In this document: positions 21,252 to 30,493 of the stretch, one piece after another
Layout of the letters: the number at the start of each line of letters is the position of its first letter
How positions within the stretch are numbered: the stretch's first letter is position 1
NCBI GenBank assembly: GCA_964590675.1
Contig: CAZPWZ010000003.1
Span: 1 to 42,154 of the forward strand
Length of the DNA: 42,154 nt
From: an uncultured Draconibacterium sp.
GTDB taxonomy: Bacteria > Bacteroidota > Bacteroidia > Bacteroidales > FEN-979
Direction: 5' to 3'
Position numbers and translations under genes: made by a program
Notes under the pieces: model-generated
What the model was told of the DNA's origin: nothing
Database searches by the model: none
Seen by the model: the letters and a program-made list of their open reading frames with translations, nothing else

Positions 21252-21716
21252 ATGGCAAATAAATCAGTAAAACCTTTAGCCCTGACCTTCTTTGCAAGTG
21301 GAATATGGGATACCGTTGCAGCCATTCTTTACTTTTTCGTGATAGGTTCAGGACGAATCATTGATGATCCAACGATTGATCCTTTCTTCGCTGTTTTCCT
21401 CGGGTCTTTTTTTCTCTGTTTTGCCTATCTGCAGTTTTTATCTGCGTTCAATGTCAGGCTGTATGCGTTCAATGTTGGCTGCCTGATCATCGGAAGATCG
21501 TTCTATGTTGTTCAACTCTATGCATATATGATATTTGTATCGGACTTCCCTGCGACATTCTGGTTCACCGGGATAATTGACGGGCTTTTTACCATTTTGT
21601 ACATTGTTTTTGCCATTCAGGGTGGTTTGGGGTTACGAAGTCTGTTTCTTCCTGAAAAAGGGGCAGGCGGGTTAAGGAAACATGCTTCAACTGTTTCAAA
21701 GGCGGCGAGGCCGTGA
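21252..21716 (+). CDS. Small hypothetical membrane protein (about 4 TM)
   Basis: Hydrophobic segments; ATG at 21252 after an A/T-rich tract. Confidence 0.7.
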   Translation: MANKSVKPLALTFFASGIWDTVAAILYFFVIGSGRIIDDPTIDPFFAVFLGSFFLCFAYLQFLSAFNVRLYAFNVGCLIIGRSFYVVQLYAYMIFVSDFPATFWFTGIIDGLFTILYIVFAIQGGLGLRSLFLPEKGAGGLRKHASTVSKAARP

Positions 21717-21895
21717 TATCATCCACGCGTGTTTCTCTGTATTTCCCGGTAACATTGAAATCCACCGGACCCCATCAGCAGCAAAAGCAAACCGAATAAT
21801 ATTGTTTTTTCAGCATCGGGTGCTTAACGGGGAATACAAAGGTGCGAACTTTTGAAAATGGTTTTTCCATTCCGGCATAGCGAAGGCCGGCTTCC

Positions 21896-22426
21896 CTATT
21901 CGGGAATGTTGAACAGGCTGCAGATCTCTTTGTACGACATTTGCCTCAGCTCCTGGTTGCTCCGGTATCCGGGTGTTCCTGATTTTAATGCAGGAATGGT
22001 GCCGGGGATGGCGATAAACCTGAATTTATTGCCTGAGGTGAGAGGCGGCCCGAACATATCGGAGGTGAACTCAATGCTGCCATACTCGTGTATCAGGAAA
22101 CTCCAGTTTGCACCTACGGCATAGGCCGGCAAAGGGCGCACTGAGGATCCCCCGTAAACATCATCGGCCAGCCAGGCATAGGCAAGCACGACGCCATTCT
22201 CGACAATTCCTTCAGTAAGATCGGGGGCGCTGGCCGCGAAATACCAGTCACCCGAACCGCCCGACCAGGCCACGGGTGAGAACCATTCGGAATAATAAAC
22301 CGTGGCATTTTGACCGGCAGGTCCCTGTGGTCCCTGTGGTCCCTGTGGCCCATCCTTTTGACATCCTGCAAACATAAAGGCCGAAACGGCCATGAATAAA
22401 AATAATGTTCTGAATCCTGTTTTCAT
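21896..22426 (-). CDS. Lipoprotein with short collagen-like (GPQ)n stalk
   Basis: Lipobox FAGC; GPQGPQGPQGPAG; TAATTTTG -7 box upstream. Confidence 0.85.
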   Translation of the reverse strand: MKTGFRTLFLFMAVSAFMFAGCQKDGPQGPQGPQGPAGQNATVYYSEWFSPVAWSGGSGDWYFAASAPDLTEGIVENGVVLAYAWLADDVYGGSSVRPLPAYAVGANWSFLIHEYGSIEFTSDMFGPPLTSGNKFRFIAIPGTIPALKSGTPGYRSNQELRQMSYKEICSLFNIPE

Positions 22427-22590
22427 TTTTTCAGTATTTAAGGGTTTTGCTGCATCCATTCAGTCAGCTTTGCAAAATTAAGACAGTTGATCCCTGAAAA
22501 TGTTACATAATTATTTTTTTTCCAAATTCATTTCTCTTTTCTCATGAACTGCATTGATATTCAGGAACCATAACCTGGAACAACACCGTC

Positions 22591-22645
22591 ATGCGTGTCT
22601 GCGTCTCAAAGAAATTTTTCCAGATTACGGTCGACACGGTTCCTG
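22591..22645 (-). pseudogene. 55-bp fragment homologous to the 3' part of the symporter gene (27363-27417)
   Basis: 47/55 identity; encodes GTVSTVIWKNFFE, same as in the intact gene. Confidence 0.75.
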
Positions 22646-22651
22646 TGGCTG

Positions 22652-22758
22652 ATAACGTGATCCTCCCCAACTTGAGGTCGCAATTTGCGACCTATTGTAT
22701 TACTTTCTTTTATGGTCAAAACATAAAGGAAGTCAGTTGGGAACCGTTTGATATTTCG
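22652..22758 (-). pseudogene. Internal fragment of an ORF6N-domain gene (frameshifted)
   Basis: RNIKRFPTDFLYVLTIKE, then in a shifted frame RSQIATSSWGGSRY; matches RNLDRFPVDFMFELT...RSQIVTLK of the 41053-41604 gene. Confidence 0.8.
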
Positions 22759-22832
22759 TCCCGTGTCCCGCGTCCCGCGTCCCGGTTTATCGTCCCGTGT
22801 CCCGTGTCCCAAATTCCGTGTCCCGATTTTTC
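22757..22832 (+). repeat. GTCCCGY heptamer tandem tract
   Basis: CGTCCCGTGTCCCGCGTCCCGCGTCCCG...TCCCGATTTTTCG. Confidence 0.95.
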
Positions 22833-22887
22833 GGCGAAGGCCATTCAATTCAAGTATTTTTTATACCTTTCAACGCCTCCTGACATT

Positions 22888-22917
22888 TTTGTATTGTATG
22901 CAGGAATGGTAAATTTG
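22888..22917 (+). promoter_or_regulatory. Bacteroidota housekeeping promoter
   Basis: TTTG (22888), 18-nt gap, TAAATTTG (22910). Confidence 0.6.
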
Positions 22918-22983
22918 GCGATCAAAAAATGAAATTGCGATCTCAAAAATCAATACAAGGTCTAACCATAAAAGGATCAAACC

Positions 22984-23415
22984 ATGGCAGAATTGAAAAC
23001 AAAGCAGACTAACGAAAATGTAAGTGAATTTATCAACCAATTTGCCGATAGCGAACAAAAGCGCAAAGATAGCTTCGAGCTGTTAAAGCTGATGCAGGAT
23101 TTTACCGGTTATGAGCCAAAAATGTGGGGAGCAACCATGATCGGGTTTGGCAGCTATCATTACAAATCTGAGCGAAGCAGCCAGGAGGGTGATTGGCCGT
23201 TGATCGGTTTTTCGCCACGCAAGGCAGCCATTTCGCTCTATGTTTTCACCGGGGCCAAAGAGCATGAATATCTCCTGGCCGATCTTGGGAAATATAAGAT
23301 AGGTAAAGCCTGCATTTACGTTAAGAGATTATCTGATATCAACCAGGATGTCCTTAAAAAACTTATGAAAGAGACCATCGGGTATTTAAAGGCGAAGTAC
23401 AGGAATGCCGGGTAA
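22984..23415 (+). CDS. DUF1801 (YdhG-like) protein
   Basis: MWG..MIGFG.YHYK, GFSPRK, LGKYK.GKAC.Y.K.L.DI. Confidence 0.88.
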   Translation: MAELKTKQTNENVSEFINQFADSEQKRKDSFELLKLMQDFTGYEPKMWGATMIGFGSYHYKSERSSQEGDWPLIGFSPRKAAISLYVFTGAKEHEYLLADLGKYKIGKACIYVKRLSDINQDVLKKLMKETIGYLKAKYRNAG

Positions 23416-23462
23416 CAGGGGATGGGAAACTCCAGTTTCGCATACGACAATGCCCTGGTACT

Positions 23463-23683
23463 TACAAATTTGATGAGAATATCATCGTTACGAACGTCAA
23501 TGGATTTAAGGGTAATTATTCCGTGAACGATGTGGTTCCATTTCAGTCGACTCCCGGCGGATTTATCGATGTATCTCTTTTACCACGGTATTCAGGATAC
23601 ATGTGAAGCAAGACAGACTAATAATCATGTGCCTGTAGACATATCAGCTTTGGAAGCGATCGATCCGGTAATGCCAGATACCT
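23463..23683 (+). pseudogene. Internal fragment of a metallophosphoesterase-family gene, frameshift near 23580
   Basis: KFDENIIVTNVNGF...GGFIDVSL/YHGIQDT...EAIDPVMPDT; its end duplicates the start of the 30494 fragment; family call from recall. Confidence 0.6.
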
Positions 23684-23925
23684 GCGGAGCAGCCATCACC
23701 CTGCTCAACACGGCCCAGGGTAATACCATCCGGTACTGCAACCTGGTCGCCGTGAATCCCACTTCAGGGGTTGTCAATTTCGGATCCACGACCGGGAACC
23801 TTGGCAACAACAATAACACTGTGTCCAATTGCAACATCCACAGCGACGGCACCAATTTTCCCGGATTTGGGATATATTCGGCAGGCCGGACGACATCGAC
23901 GGGTGCCTACAACAGCAATAAGATC
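23684..23925 (+). pseudogene. Fragment of an Asn/Gly-rich parallel beta-helix surface protein
   Basis: NTIRYCN...GNNNNTVSNCNI...GIYSAG; no start or signal peptide. Confidence 0.5.
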
Positions 23926-23980
23926 AACAGGACTGTCAGGATAATTCGGGCACGAAACAAACATCCCCTTTCAAACTTTC

Positions 23981-24040
23981 CGTCCCATGTCCCGTATCCC
24001 TTATTTTGTCACGTTTTCATCACGTTCCTTCATCACGTAA
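23981..24040 (+). repeat. Degenerate GTCCCGY / TCACGT tract
   Basis: CGTCCCATGTCCCGTATCCC followed by three TCACGT. Confidence 0.6.
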
Positions 24041-24076
24041 TAATTATTACTTTTGGTAAACCATTACCGCTTCACC

Positions 24077-26404
24077 ATGAAAAAATACAGCAGGAGGGAT
24101 TTTCTTCTCACTTCGGGACTGACCGCGGGCGCCTTGCTGTCCATTCATTTTAAATCTTCCTTCGCTTCCGGGTTTGGCCTGTACGATAATCCGGGTGAGA
24201 TTATCACGCCAAAAACAAATGAAGATATCTTCTCCTATATCAACAGGGTAAACGGAACGTTTGATCCGGGGCTTTACAGGAAAATTGCCGGCTCTGCCAA
24301 TCCATTCAAGGAGGGGGACCTTGCACAGGGGCTGGCCGCATCCGGCGAAAACTCCAGGAGCAATGCCAGGGTGCTTTTAACGAATACAAAGATCCGGGAC
24401 CTCTGGGATAAGCCCCTTTTTACTGATGACATCTTTTTCCTGATCCGGGATACGACTGATGCTGATGTATTCAACACCATCTCGGGCATGACCCTGGGGG
24501 AATTGAAATCTTTTATCCTGGTGAAACCCGAAGATGACATCAAATCGATCATGCCCGGACTATCCAGCGATATCATCGGGTTGCTGGTAAAACTCATGAG
24601 CAACGACGAACTCATCATCATAGGCCGGAAGGTGTTCAACCCGCTGCCGGGCAGCAATATCGGTGCAAAGGGATACCTGAGCGCCCGCATTCAGCCAAAT
24701 TCGCCGACGGATAACATTGACGACATCATGATGCAGGTATTCAACGGGTGGTCCTATGCTGTGGGCGACCTGGTACTTGGCACCAACCCGGTTTCAAGCG
24801 ATCCTGCATCTGTGGCCAAAATCGAGTTCGCACTTCAGGATATCCTGAAAACATTCGGCCTTGAAAAAGTGATGCCCCACAGTGTGTTGGCCCATATCGA
24901 CATCCAGGCCGAAGTGGAAGCCAAAAACCCGGGCACGACGGGAATCTGGTTTCAGAGCCTGGGAGGAACGGTAAGCGCCAATAAAACGTTTGATCTCACG
25001 GTCGCGAAAATGATGGATCACGCCTCCAGGCGCACCGGGCAATATGGTTTGTATGTGGAAACCGGTCAGGGCGCTGATTTCACGAACGGCAACGGGGAGG
25101 GATTTGACATGGTTGTTCATGAATCGCGCAAATATGGATTTTTACGCGCCCTGAAAAAAAGAGTCGCGGAAGTTCAGTTGAAAAACTTTCCCGGACCCTG
25201 GGTGCACGTAAATGATGTGGCCGGCATTATCGGGCCCGAAGTTTTTAAGAGCAGGGATCAGTTGGTGAGATGCTGCCTGGAGGATACCGTGATGGGGAAA
25301 CTTCACGGCCTCACCATCGGGCTGGATGTTTGTTCCACGCTGCATATGGATATCACCCTCGATGACCTGGCGTGGTGCATCGACCAGGTCATGCCGGCAA
25401 ACCCTGCCTACCTGATGGCGCTTCCCACAAAGAACGATCCCATGCTGAGCTATCTTACGACAGGTTTTAATGACCATGTACGGGTGAGGGAGAAATTCGG
25501 GTATAAAGTGAACGATACCATGTGGGATTTCTTCAAAAAAATCGAGATAATCAGTCCCGAAGGGAATATTACCGGTCATTTCGGAGACCCGGTATGGGTA
25601 TATTATAAGTACCGCATGGCAAAAAGTGATGTAAGAACCAAAGATGAAATTTACAAAGAGGGAAATAAACTGATTGCTGAAATTGAGGAAAGGGGCGTCC
25701 CAATTGCTGTCGGGTACGGCAAAAACAGCTGGGACCTGGAACCGGAGCTTGACAAAAAAATCCATGTGTTGTACGAAGATTCAAAGACTTGTCTCTGGAA
25801 GGAGATGACGCAAACATTCATCGCCTCCATTCCAAACCAGGTATGCATTAAAACAACTTCAGCCGACCGGAAAGACTACGTGTATCATCCTCCAACGGGA
25901 GAAATACTGACGGAAAAGTCCATGGATCAGCTTACCCGGTTGAGAAAGAAATGGAACGGAAGGATTCCCGATGTGCAGATAATCATCTCCGACGGGCTGA
26001 ATGTAAGTGCACTTGCCGACGAAGGTCACCTGCAACCCCACCTGGAATACCTGGATAAAGAGCTGAACCTGGCAGGTTTGCGTGTATCCGGCTATAACAT
26101 TGTCATCAGGAATGGCCGGGTGCGGGCGGGATACCGGTGCGGAGAATATCTCTTTGGCCAGGATTCCGGAGATAACAAACCCAAAGCCATCGTTCACATT
26201 ATCGGTGAAAGGCCGGGTTCCGGTCATCATAATTTTTCTGCCTACCTTTCAGCGCCGTTGATCAGCACCTGGAAGGTAGAAGGAAAACTGGATCACGACC
26301 AATCAAAGGTTGTATCCGGCATATCCGATACAGCGCTGAAACCTGAACTGGCCGCAAAAGAGACGGTGCGGATTTTGGCGGAGATGTTCAGTTCCCATTC
26401 GTAG
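24077..26404 (+). CDS. eutBC: Fused ethanolamine ammonia-lyase large+small subunit (EutB-EutC) with Tat signal peptide
   Basis: SRRDFL signal; EutB motifs RIQPNSPTD, GTNP, ETGQG, IGPE, LED..MGKL; EutC motifs ISDGL, GRVR.G, IGERPG. Confidence 0.88.
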   Translation: MKKYSRRDFLLTSGLTAGALLSIHFKSSFASGFGLYDNPGEIITPKTNEDIFSYINRVNGTFDPGLYRKIAGSANPFKEGDLAQGLAASGENSRSNARVLLTNTKIRDLWDKPLFTDDIFFLIRDTTDADVFNTISGMTLGELKSFILVKPEDDIKSIMPGLSSDIIGLLVKLMSNDELIIIGRKVFNPLPGSNIGAKGYLSARIQPNSPTDNIDDIMMQVFNGWSYAVGDLVLGTNPVSSDPASVAKIEFALQDILKTFGLEKVMPHSVLAHIDIQAEVEAKNPGTTGIWFQSLGGTVSANKTFDLTVAKMMDHASRRTGQYGLYVETGQGADFTNGNGEGFDMVVHESRKYGFLRALKKRVAEVQLKNFPGPWVHVNDVAGIIGPEVFKSRDQLVRCCLEDTVMGKLHGLTIGLDVCSTLHMDITLDDLAWCIDQVMPANPAYLMALPTKNDPMLSYLTTGFNDHVRVREKFGYKVNDTMWDFFKKIEIISPEGNITGHFGDPVWVYYKYRMAKSDVRTKDEIYKEGNKLIAEIEERGVPIAVGYGKNSWDLEPELDKKIHVLYEDSKTCLWKEMTQTFIASIPNQVCIKTTSADRKDYVYHPPTGEILTEKSMDQLTRLRKKWNGRIPDVQIIISDGLNVSALADEGHLQPHLEYLDKELNLAGLRVSGYNIVIRNGRVRAGYRCGEYLFGQDSGDNKPKAIVHIIGERPGSGHHNFSAYLSAPLISTWKVEGKLDHDQSKVVSGISDTALKPELAAKETVRILAEMFSSHS

Positions 26405-26481
26405 GGTATAACAGGGGAAACCTGTCCGTTTTATCCGTAAAACTGTTTAACCATTCTCATTAAAACTTGTTCTCAGCTACC

Positions 26482-27276
26482 ATGCTCCTCCCCAAAATCC
26501 TCCTCGCCTTTTTCGTCGCCGGCGGCTTCATTACCCTGCTCACCCTGCTGGCCGAGCGGTTCGGCAGCACCATCGGGGGCCTGGTGGCCAATCTCCCGTC
26601 GAATATTCTCATCACCATGATCTTTATTTCGCTGACCAAGGGAAATCCGTTCCTTCAGAACATGATCCCCGCCATCCCGATTGGCATGTTGATCGATACC
26701 TTTTTCCTGCTGGTATTTGTGCTTTTGCTGCGTTACCGGATCTCCACTGCCATCGCAGGATCCCTGCTCACCTGGCTCACCCTGGCCATCCTGGCCAACC
26801 GCATCCCTTCTAACCTGCTCTGGATCAATGCAGCCTTTTACATGATCATTACACTGCTTGTATGGCTCTGGGTGGAACACAGGGTCGATATCCCGGTCAG
26901 GGGGCGTTCAGGCAAGCGATACACACCTTTCCAGATTACAGTCAGGGCCCTCTTTGCAGGGACCATCGTCGGCAGCGTCGTCACCATTGCCCATTTCGTT
27001 CCCCCTTACCTGACGGGCATCGTGAGCACCTTCCCCGCCGTGCTTTTCAGCTCGATGGTCATCCTTTCGCTCAACCAGGGCCGGGAGTTCGCCAGGGCCA
27101 CCGGAAAAGTAATGATCCTATCCTCGACCAACACCGTAATTTACGCCATTTCAGTCTATTACACCTTCCCGCTGCTAGGCGTGGCCGGCGGAACACTTGT
27201 TTCCCTCATCTTTGCCGTACTGTGGGTGAAATATGTGTTGCACCGTGTGATCTTCATCAATTTCTTTAAACCATGA
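26482..27276 (+). CDS. Multi-pass membrane protein (DUF3147-like)
   Basis: AERFG..IGGL.A.LP and G..STFP duplicated halves; many TM segments. Confidence 0.7.
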   Translation: MLLPKILLAFFVAGGFITLLTLLAERFGSTIGGLVANLPSNILITMIFISLTKGNPFLQNMIPAIPIGMLIDTFFLLVFVLLLRYRISTAIAGSLLTWLTLAILANRIPSNLLWINAAFYMIITLLVWLWVEHRVDIPVRGRSGKRYTPFQITVRALFAGTIVGSVVTIAHFVPPYLTGIVSTFPAVLFSSMVILSLNQGREFARATGKVMILSSTNTVIYAISVYYTFPLLGVAGGTLVSLIFAVLWVKYVLHRVIFINFFKP

Positions 27277-28723
27277 CCTCGTTTTTCTTTTTCTCAGGAA
27301 TGAGCAGGGAGAACAGCACCGCCATCATGAAGGCAAAGATGAAGCTGGCCAGCCTTTCCGAAATGCCTGTCGGTGCTTCGAAGAAATTTTTCCAGATCAC
27401 GGTCGATACGGTTCCTGAGATCAGTGAGGCGAAGATCCCCGCCCGTGAAAACCGTTTCCAGAAAAGCAGCAGGAACAATGCAGGACCGAATGATGAACCG
27501 ATCCCCGACCATGCATACGAAACAAGTCCGTAAACGGTATCCTGCATGGTAAAGGCGAGCACGATGGCAACAGCCCCTACAACGAAGGTCATACCCTGGT
27601 TGATATACAGCAGCTTTTTAGGGGAATCCTTTTTTTTCCGGATGTTGGAATAGAGATCCTCAGTGATGGAAGCCGAAGAGACGGTGAGTTCCGAAGAAGC
27701 GGTCGACATCATGGCGGAGATCACACCTGATAAAAGGACTCCTGCCAGTAACGGGTTGACCAGGGCGACCACCATGACAGGCAGTATCTTTTCGGCATCC
27801 TGCGATAGTTTGGTTACCTCATTCCCGAGCAAGCCGCCGTGTACGAATGCGATCCCGAACAGGCCAATCAGGATGGCGCCTGCATAGGCAAACAGGGTCC
27901 ACACCGTGGCAACCCATTTGGCAGTTTCCACTCCCCGATGGTCACGGATGGCCATCATCCGGGTGAGCAGCTGCGGCTGCCCGGTGTACCCCAGGGCCCA
28001 GCTCATCCCGCTCATCACAAGGATCACTGCCGCTGAACCCGTCATGCCCCCGGTCAATGAAAGATATTGAGGTCCGGCGGCTTCTATGGATTGTATGATC
28101 TGAATACTGTGGGAACCCGCGATCAGGACAGCGATGACAGGGAAGACCACCAGCGTGAAGATCATCAGGATGGACTGGAATACATCCGTGACCACTACCG
28201 CGATGAAACCGCCCATGATGCAGTAAACCGTAACTACTGCCGAACTGATGATGATCCCCCAGAACGGATCGAGCCCGAACGTTTTGTTCAGCACCTTTCC
28301 CGAGCCGCTGAACTGTGCCGCGATATAAAAGACAAAGAAGAAGACCACGATCATGGACGAGAGCATGGCGATCGAACGTTCCGAGCCCGGGATTTTTTTG
28401 GCGATGAGGCTCGACACAGTCATCGAACCGCTCCTTTCTGTTTCGGCACGCAGTCGTCCGGCCATTACAAACCAGATGAAAATAATGCCGGTAACGCAGC
28501 CCAGTGCGACCCATATTGCGCTCAGTCCGTCGGCATAGGCATGTCCTGTAAGCCCCAGCAGAAGCCAGGCCGATTCACCTGTAGCACGTTCAGAAAGTGC
28601 CAGTGCGGTTCCGGAAAATTTCTTTCCCCCGAGTACAAAACCTTCATGAGTCTTTTTGCCGCGCGAGTACCACCAGGCGATCCCCATCGTAACGGCAAGG
28701 TAAGCGATAAATACTGCTATCAT
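27266..28723 (-). CDS. putP: Sodium:solute symporter, sodium/proline (PutP-like)
   Basis: SAWLLLGL.G, GGF.AVV.TD..Q, GQPQLL.R.MA, SAMMST, AWSG.G.SFGP. Confidence 0.85.
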   Translation of the reverse strand: MIAVFIAYLAVTMGIAWWYSRGKKTHEGFVLGGKKFSGTALALSERATGESAWLLLGLTGHAYADGLSAIWVALGCVTGIIFIWFVMAGRLRAETERSGSMTVSSLIAKKIPGSERSIAMLSSMIVVFFFVFYIAAQFSGSGKVLNKTFGLDPFWGIIISSAVVTVYCIMGGFIAVVVTDVFQSILMIFTLVVFPVIAVLIAGSHSIQIIQSIEAAGPQYLSLTGGMTGSAAVILVMSGMSWALGYTGQPQLLTRMMAIRDHRGVETAKWVATVWTLFAYAGAILIGLFGIAFVHGGLLGNEVTKLSQDAEKILPVMVVALVNPLLAGVLLSGVISAMMSTASSELTVSSASITEDLYSNIRKKKDSPKKLLYINQGMTFVVGAVAIVLAFTMQDTVYGLVSYAWSGIGSSFGPALFLLLFWKRFSRAGIFASLISGTVSTVIWKNFFEAPTGISERLASFIFAFMMAVLFSLLIPEKKKNEVMV

Positions 28724-28840
28724 AGGAAAAGAATAGGTTTAAGTTCTTATGATCCATGCTTTAAACCCCAAAGATATGGAAATATGTAAAATTGATAGAC
28801 CGTGTTTCTTACAGGATGGAAATAGATATAAAATTCAGAT

Positions 28841-28858
28841 AAAACCGCAGATCTGCGG
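28841..28858 (-). terminator. Intrinsic terminator-like hairpin
   Basis: CCGCAG-AT-CTGCGG followed by TTTT on the minus strand, just after the stop at 28863. Confidence 0.55.
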
Positions 28859-28862
28859 CCTC

Positions 28863-29612
28863 TCAGGAAAAATCCAGCTCTTTTCCTTTTAAATAAGCAA
28901 TTTCAAGATATTTTTTCCGCGTCTCCGGGCTCACTGATAAAATGGAATGGAAATAAATGTGGTCAACTTTTTCAATGCCCGGATATTTCAGGCTCCAGTT
29001 ATCAAGAATGTTTTCCATTGCCTCTCTGAAGCCCTTTTCCCTGTATACTTTTTCATTGAAGAATGTAGGATGCATGACAATGGCTTTCCTGATTTTTAAC
29101 AATGGAATCCTGCCATCCGGATCCCCTTGCCATCCGCTTTCATTCAATTTGTATGCAAATCCGTATGAAAAAACACGTTCCAGCCACCCCTTCATTAAAG
29201 CGGGAAAGTGCATCCAGATCACCTGCGTAATGAATACGAGCACATCAGCCTCAGCCACCTTTTTTTGCTGTTCCAGCACATCCCTGGACTTTTGGGAACT
29301 GATGAGTTTACGCAGATCATCATCACTCTTGTTCTTAATATATAATTTGGCAACCAGCCTTCGTACAGGTCCGCCCGCGAGCTCGATGATCATCCTCCTC
29401 ATGTCCATTTGCCTGAAAACCCAATCAGGCAAATCTTTATCAACAAAAAAAGCAAAATCCTTATCCTGCAATACGGGGTTGAACTTTATTTTGTACAAAT
29501 CGACAATTTCATACTGATGCCCTGCCTCTTTGATGCCCCTTACAAAATTGTCGAGCACCGCTTTTGTAAAGGACAATGGGTTCGGATGTGCGAAAATGAT
29601 CAATACTTTCAT
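28863..29612 (-). CDS. NAD(P)H dehydrogenase (quinone), Flavodoxin_2 family
   Basis: IFAHPNP.SF, DLY, W..FPA.MKGWLERVF..GFAY. Confidence 0.9.
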   Translation of the reverse strand: MKVLIIFAHPNPLSFTKAVLDNFVRGIKEAGHQYEIVDLYKIKFNPVLQDKDFAFFVDKDLPDWVFRQMDMRRMIIELAGGPVRRLVAKLYIKNKSDDDLRKLISSQKSRDVLEQQKKVAEADVLVFITQVIWMHFPALMKGWLERVFSYGFAYKLNESGWQGDPDGRIPLLKIRKAIVMHPTFFNEKVYREKGFREAMENILDNWSLKYPGIEKVDHIYFHSILSVSPETRKKYLEIAYLKGKELDFS

Positions 29613-29622
29613 GGCTGTGTTG

Positions 29623-30192
29623 TTAAAATGAGATATACCGTTTCACTCTTTTTGCATATTCCCTGTATTCTTCGCCATATTGCGTACCGAGGAACTGTTC
29701 TTCCCTGATCATGATAAAATGATGGATGATCCATGCCCCGGCGAATGCAAGAATATTCAAATAGTGCGGGTTGAAAAGACATGAAGAGAACAGGATGAAA
29801 ATAAATCCCAGGTAGAACGGATGGCGACTGATGGAAAAAATACCTCCGGTCTGCAGTTTGTGATCTTCAGAGGATGATAAACCAAAAACCAGGTCCTTGT
29901 TCAGTTTGATCGCCGAAAGATATAATATGACGGTTCCTGCAATTAAAAAGGCCAATGCGATAATGTTGGTAAATCCGGTGGGAACAAAAATTCCATTGAC
30001 ATTAATTTTCAATCCCTTCATGAGCAGGAATACCAGGTTAACAAGCACGAGCATCTTTGCGAGAATGAAAAAAAATACCGGGATTGGCGGGCGTCCGAAA
30101 ATCTGTTGTTTTTTGATGATTGACCGGGCAACTACGACTGCTATTAAACAGATCAGTAGCAGTGAAATAATTAAAACCAATGTTGAAATCAT
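29623..30192 (-). CDS. Isoprenylcysteine carboxyl methyltransferase / PEMT-family membrane protein
   Basis: L.T.G.FS.SRHP.Y, EE..L...YG.EY..Y...V.R. Confidence 0.88.
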   Translation of the reverse strand: MISTLVLIISLLLICLIAVVVARSIIKKQQIFGRPPIPVFFFILAKMLVLVNLVFLLMKGLKINVNGIFVPTGFTNIIALAFLIAGTVILYLSAIKLNKDLVFGLSSSEDHKLQTGGIFSISRHPFYLGFIFILFSSCLFNPHYLNILAFAGAWIIHHFIMIREEQFLGTQYGEEYREYAKRVKRYISF

Positions 30193-30493
30193 AACGATAC
30201 GTTTTTAATGCCTGGAAAGCTTATTGGCGTTTTAATCAGATGTATTGCCACGGCTGAGCGTTGTTTACGAATGCGATCGATTGTCCCTGGGTCCCCCCGA
30301 AACAGGTGACTTCCCCAGGGAATCCGATTTGAGCGCTTTTTGACTATTACAAATGTACATTGTAAAAAATTGAAAGTCAACAGTGAAAAATGGTTGTCAT
30401 TTTAAGCCTTGCCGGGTCCGTTAACCGGTTACAATAAAAATGTAACTTTGATAAGGAAAAATACAGTCCGGAAATCAATTCAGAGAATACGGA

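Noticed and set aside
22320-22350. GGTCCCTGT 9-bp tandem repeat as part of the GTCCCG family
   Set aside because: It is the coding repeat for the collagen-like GPQ triplets.
22591-22932. ORFs 22591-22932 (+) and 22606-22848 (-)
   Set aside because: Read-through of remnants and stop-free heptamer repeats; only the ORF6N-like part is meaningful.
23530-24153. 207-aa ORF as a real gene
   Set aside because: Chimera of two gene fragments plus repeat and promoter DNA; overlaps the eutBC start.
22591-27417. putP near-duplicate and the 32-bp repeat as DGR template/variable repeats
   Set aside because: Too short, mismatches are not adenine-specific, and no reverse transcriptase is present.
27273-28789. 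Long antisense/alternate-frame ORFs over putP (and similar ones over other GC-richer genes, e.g. 35361-36107)
   Set aside because: Shadow ORFs of well-supported genes, with no recognisable motifs.
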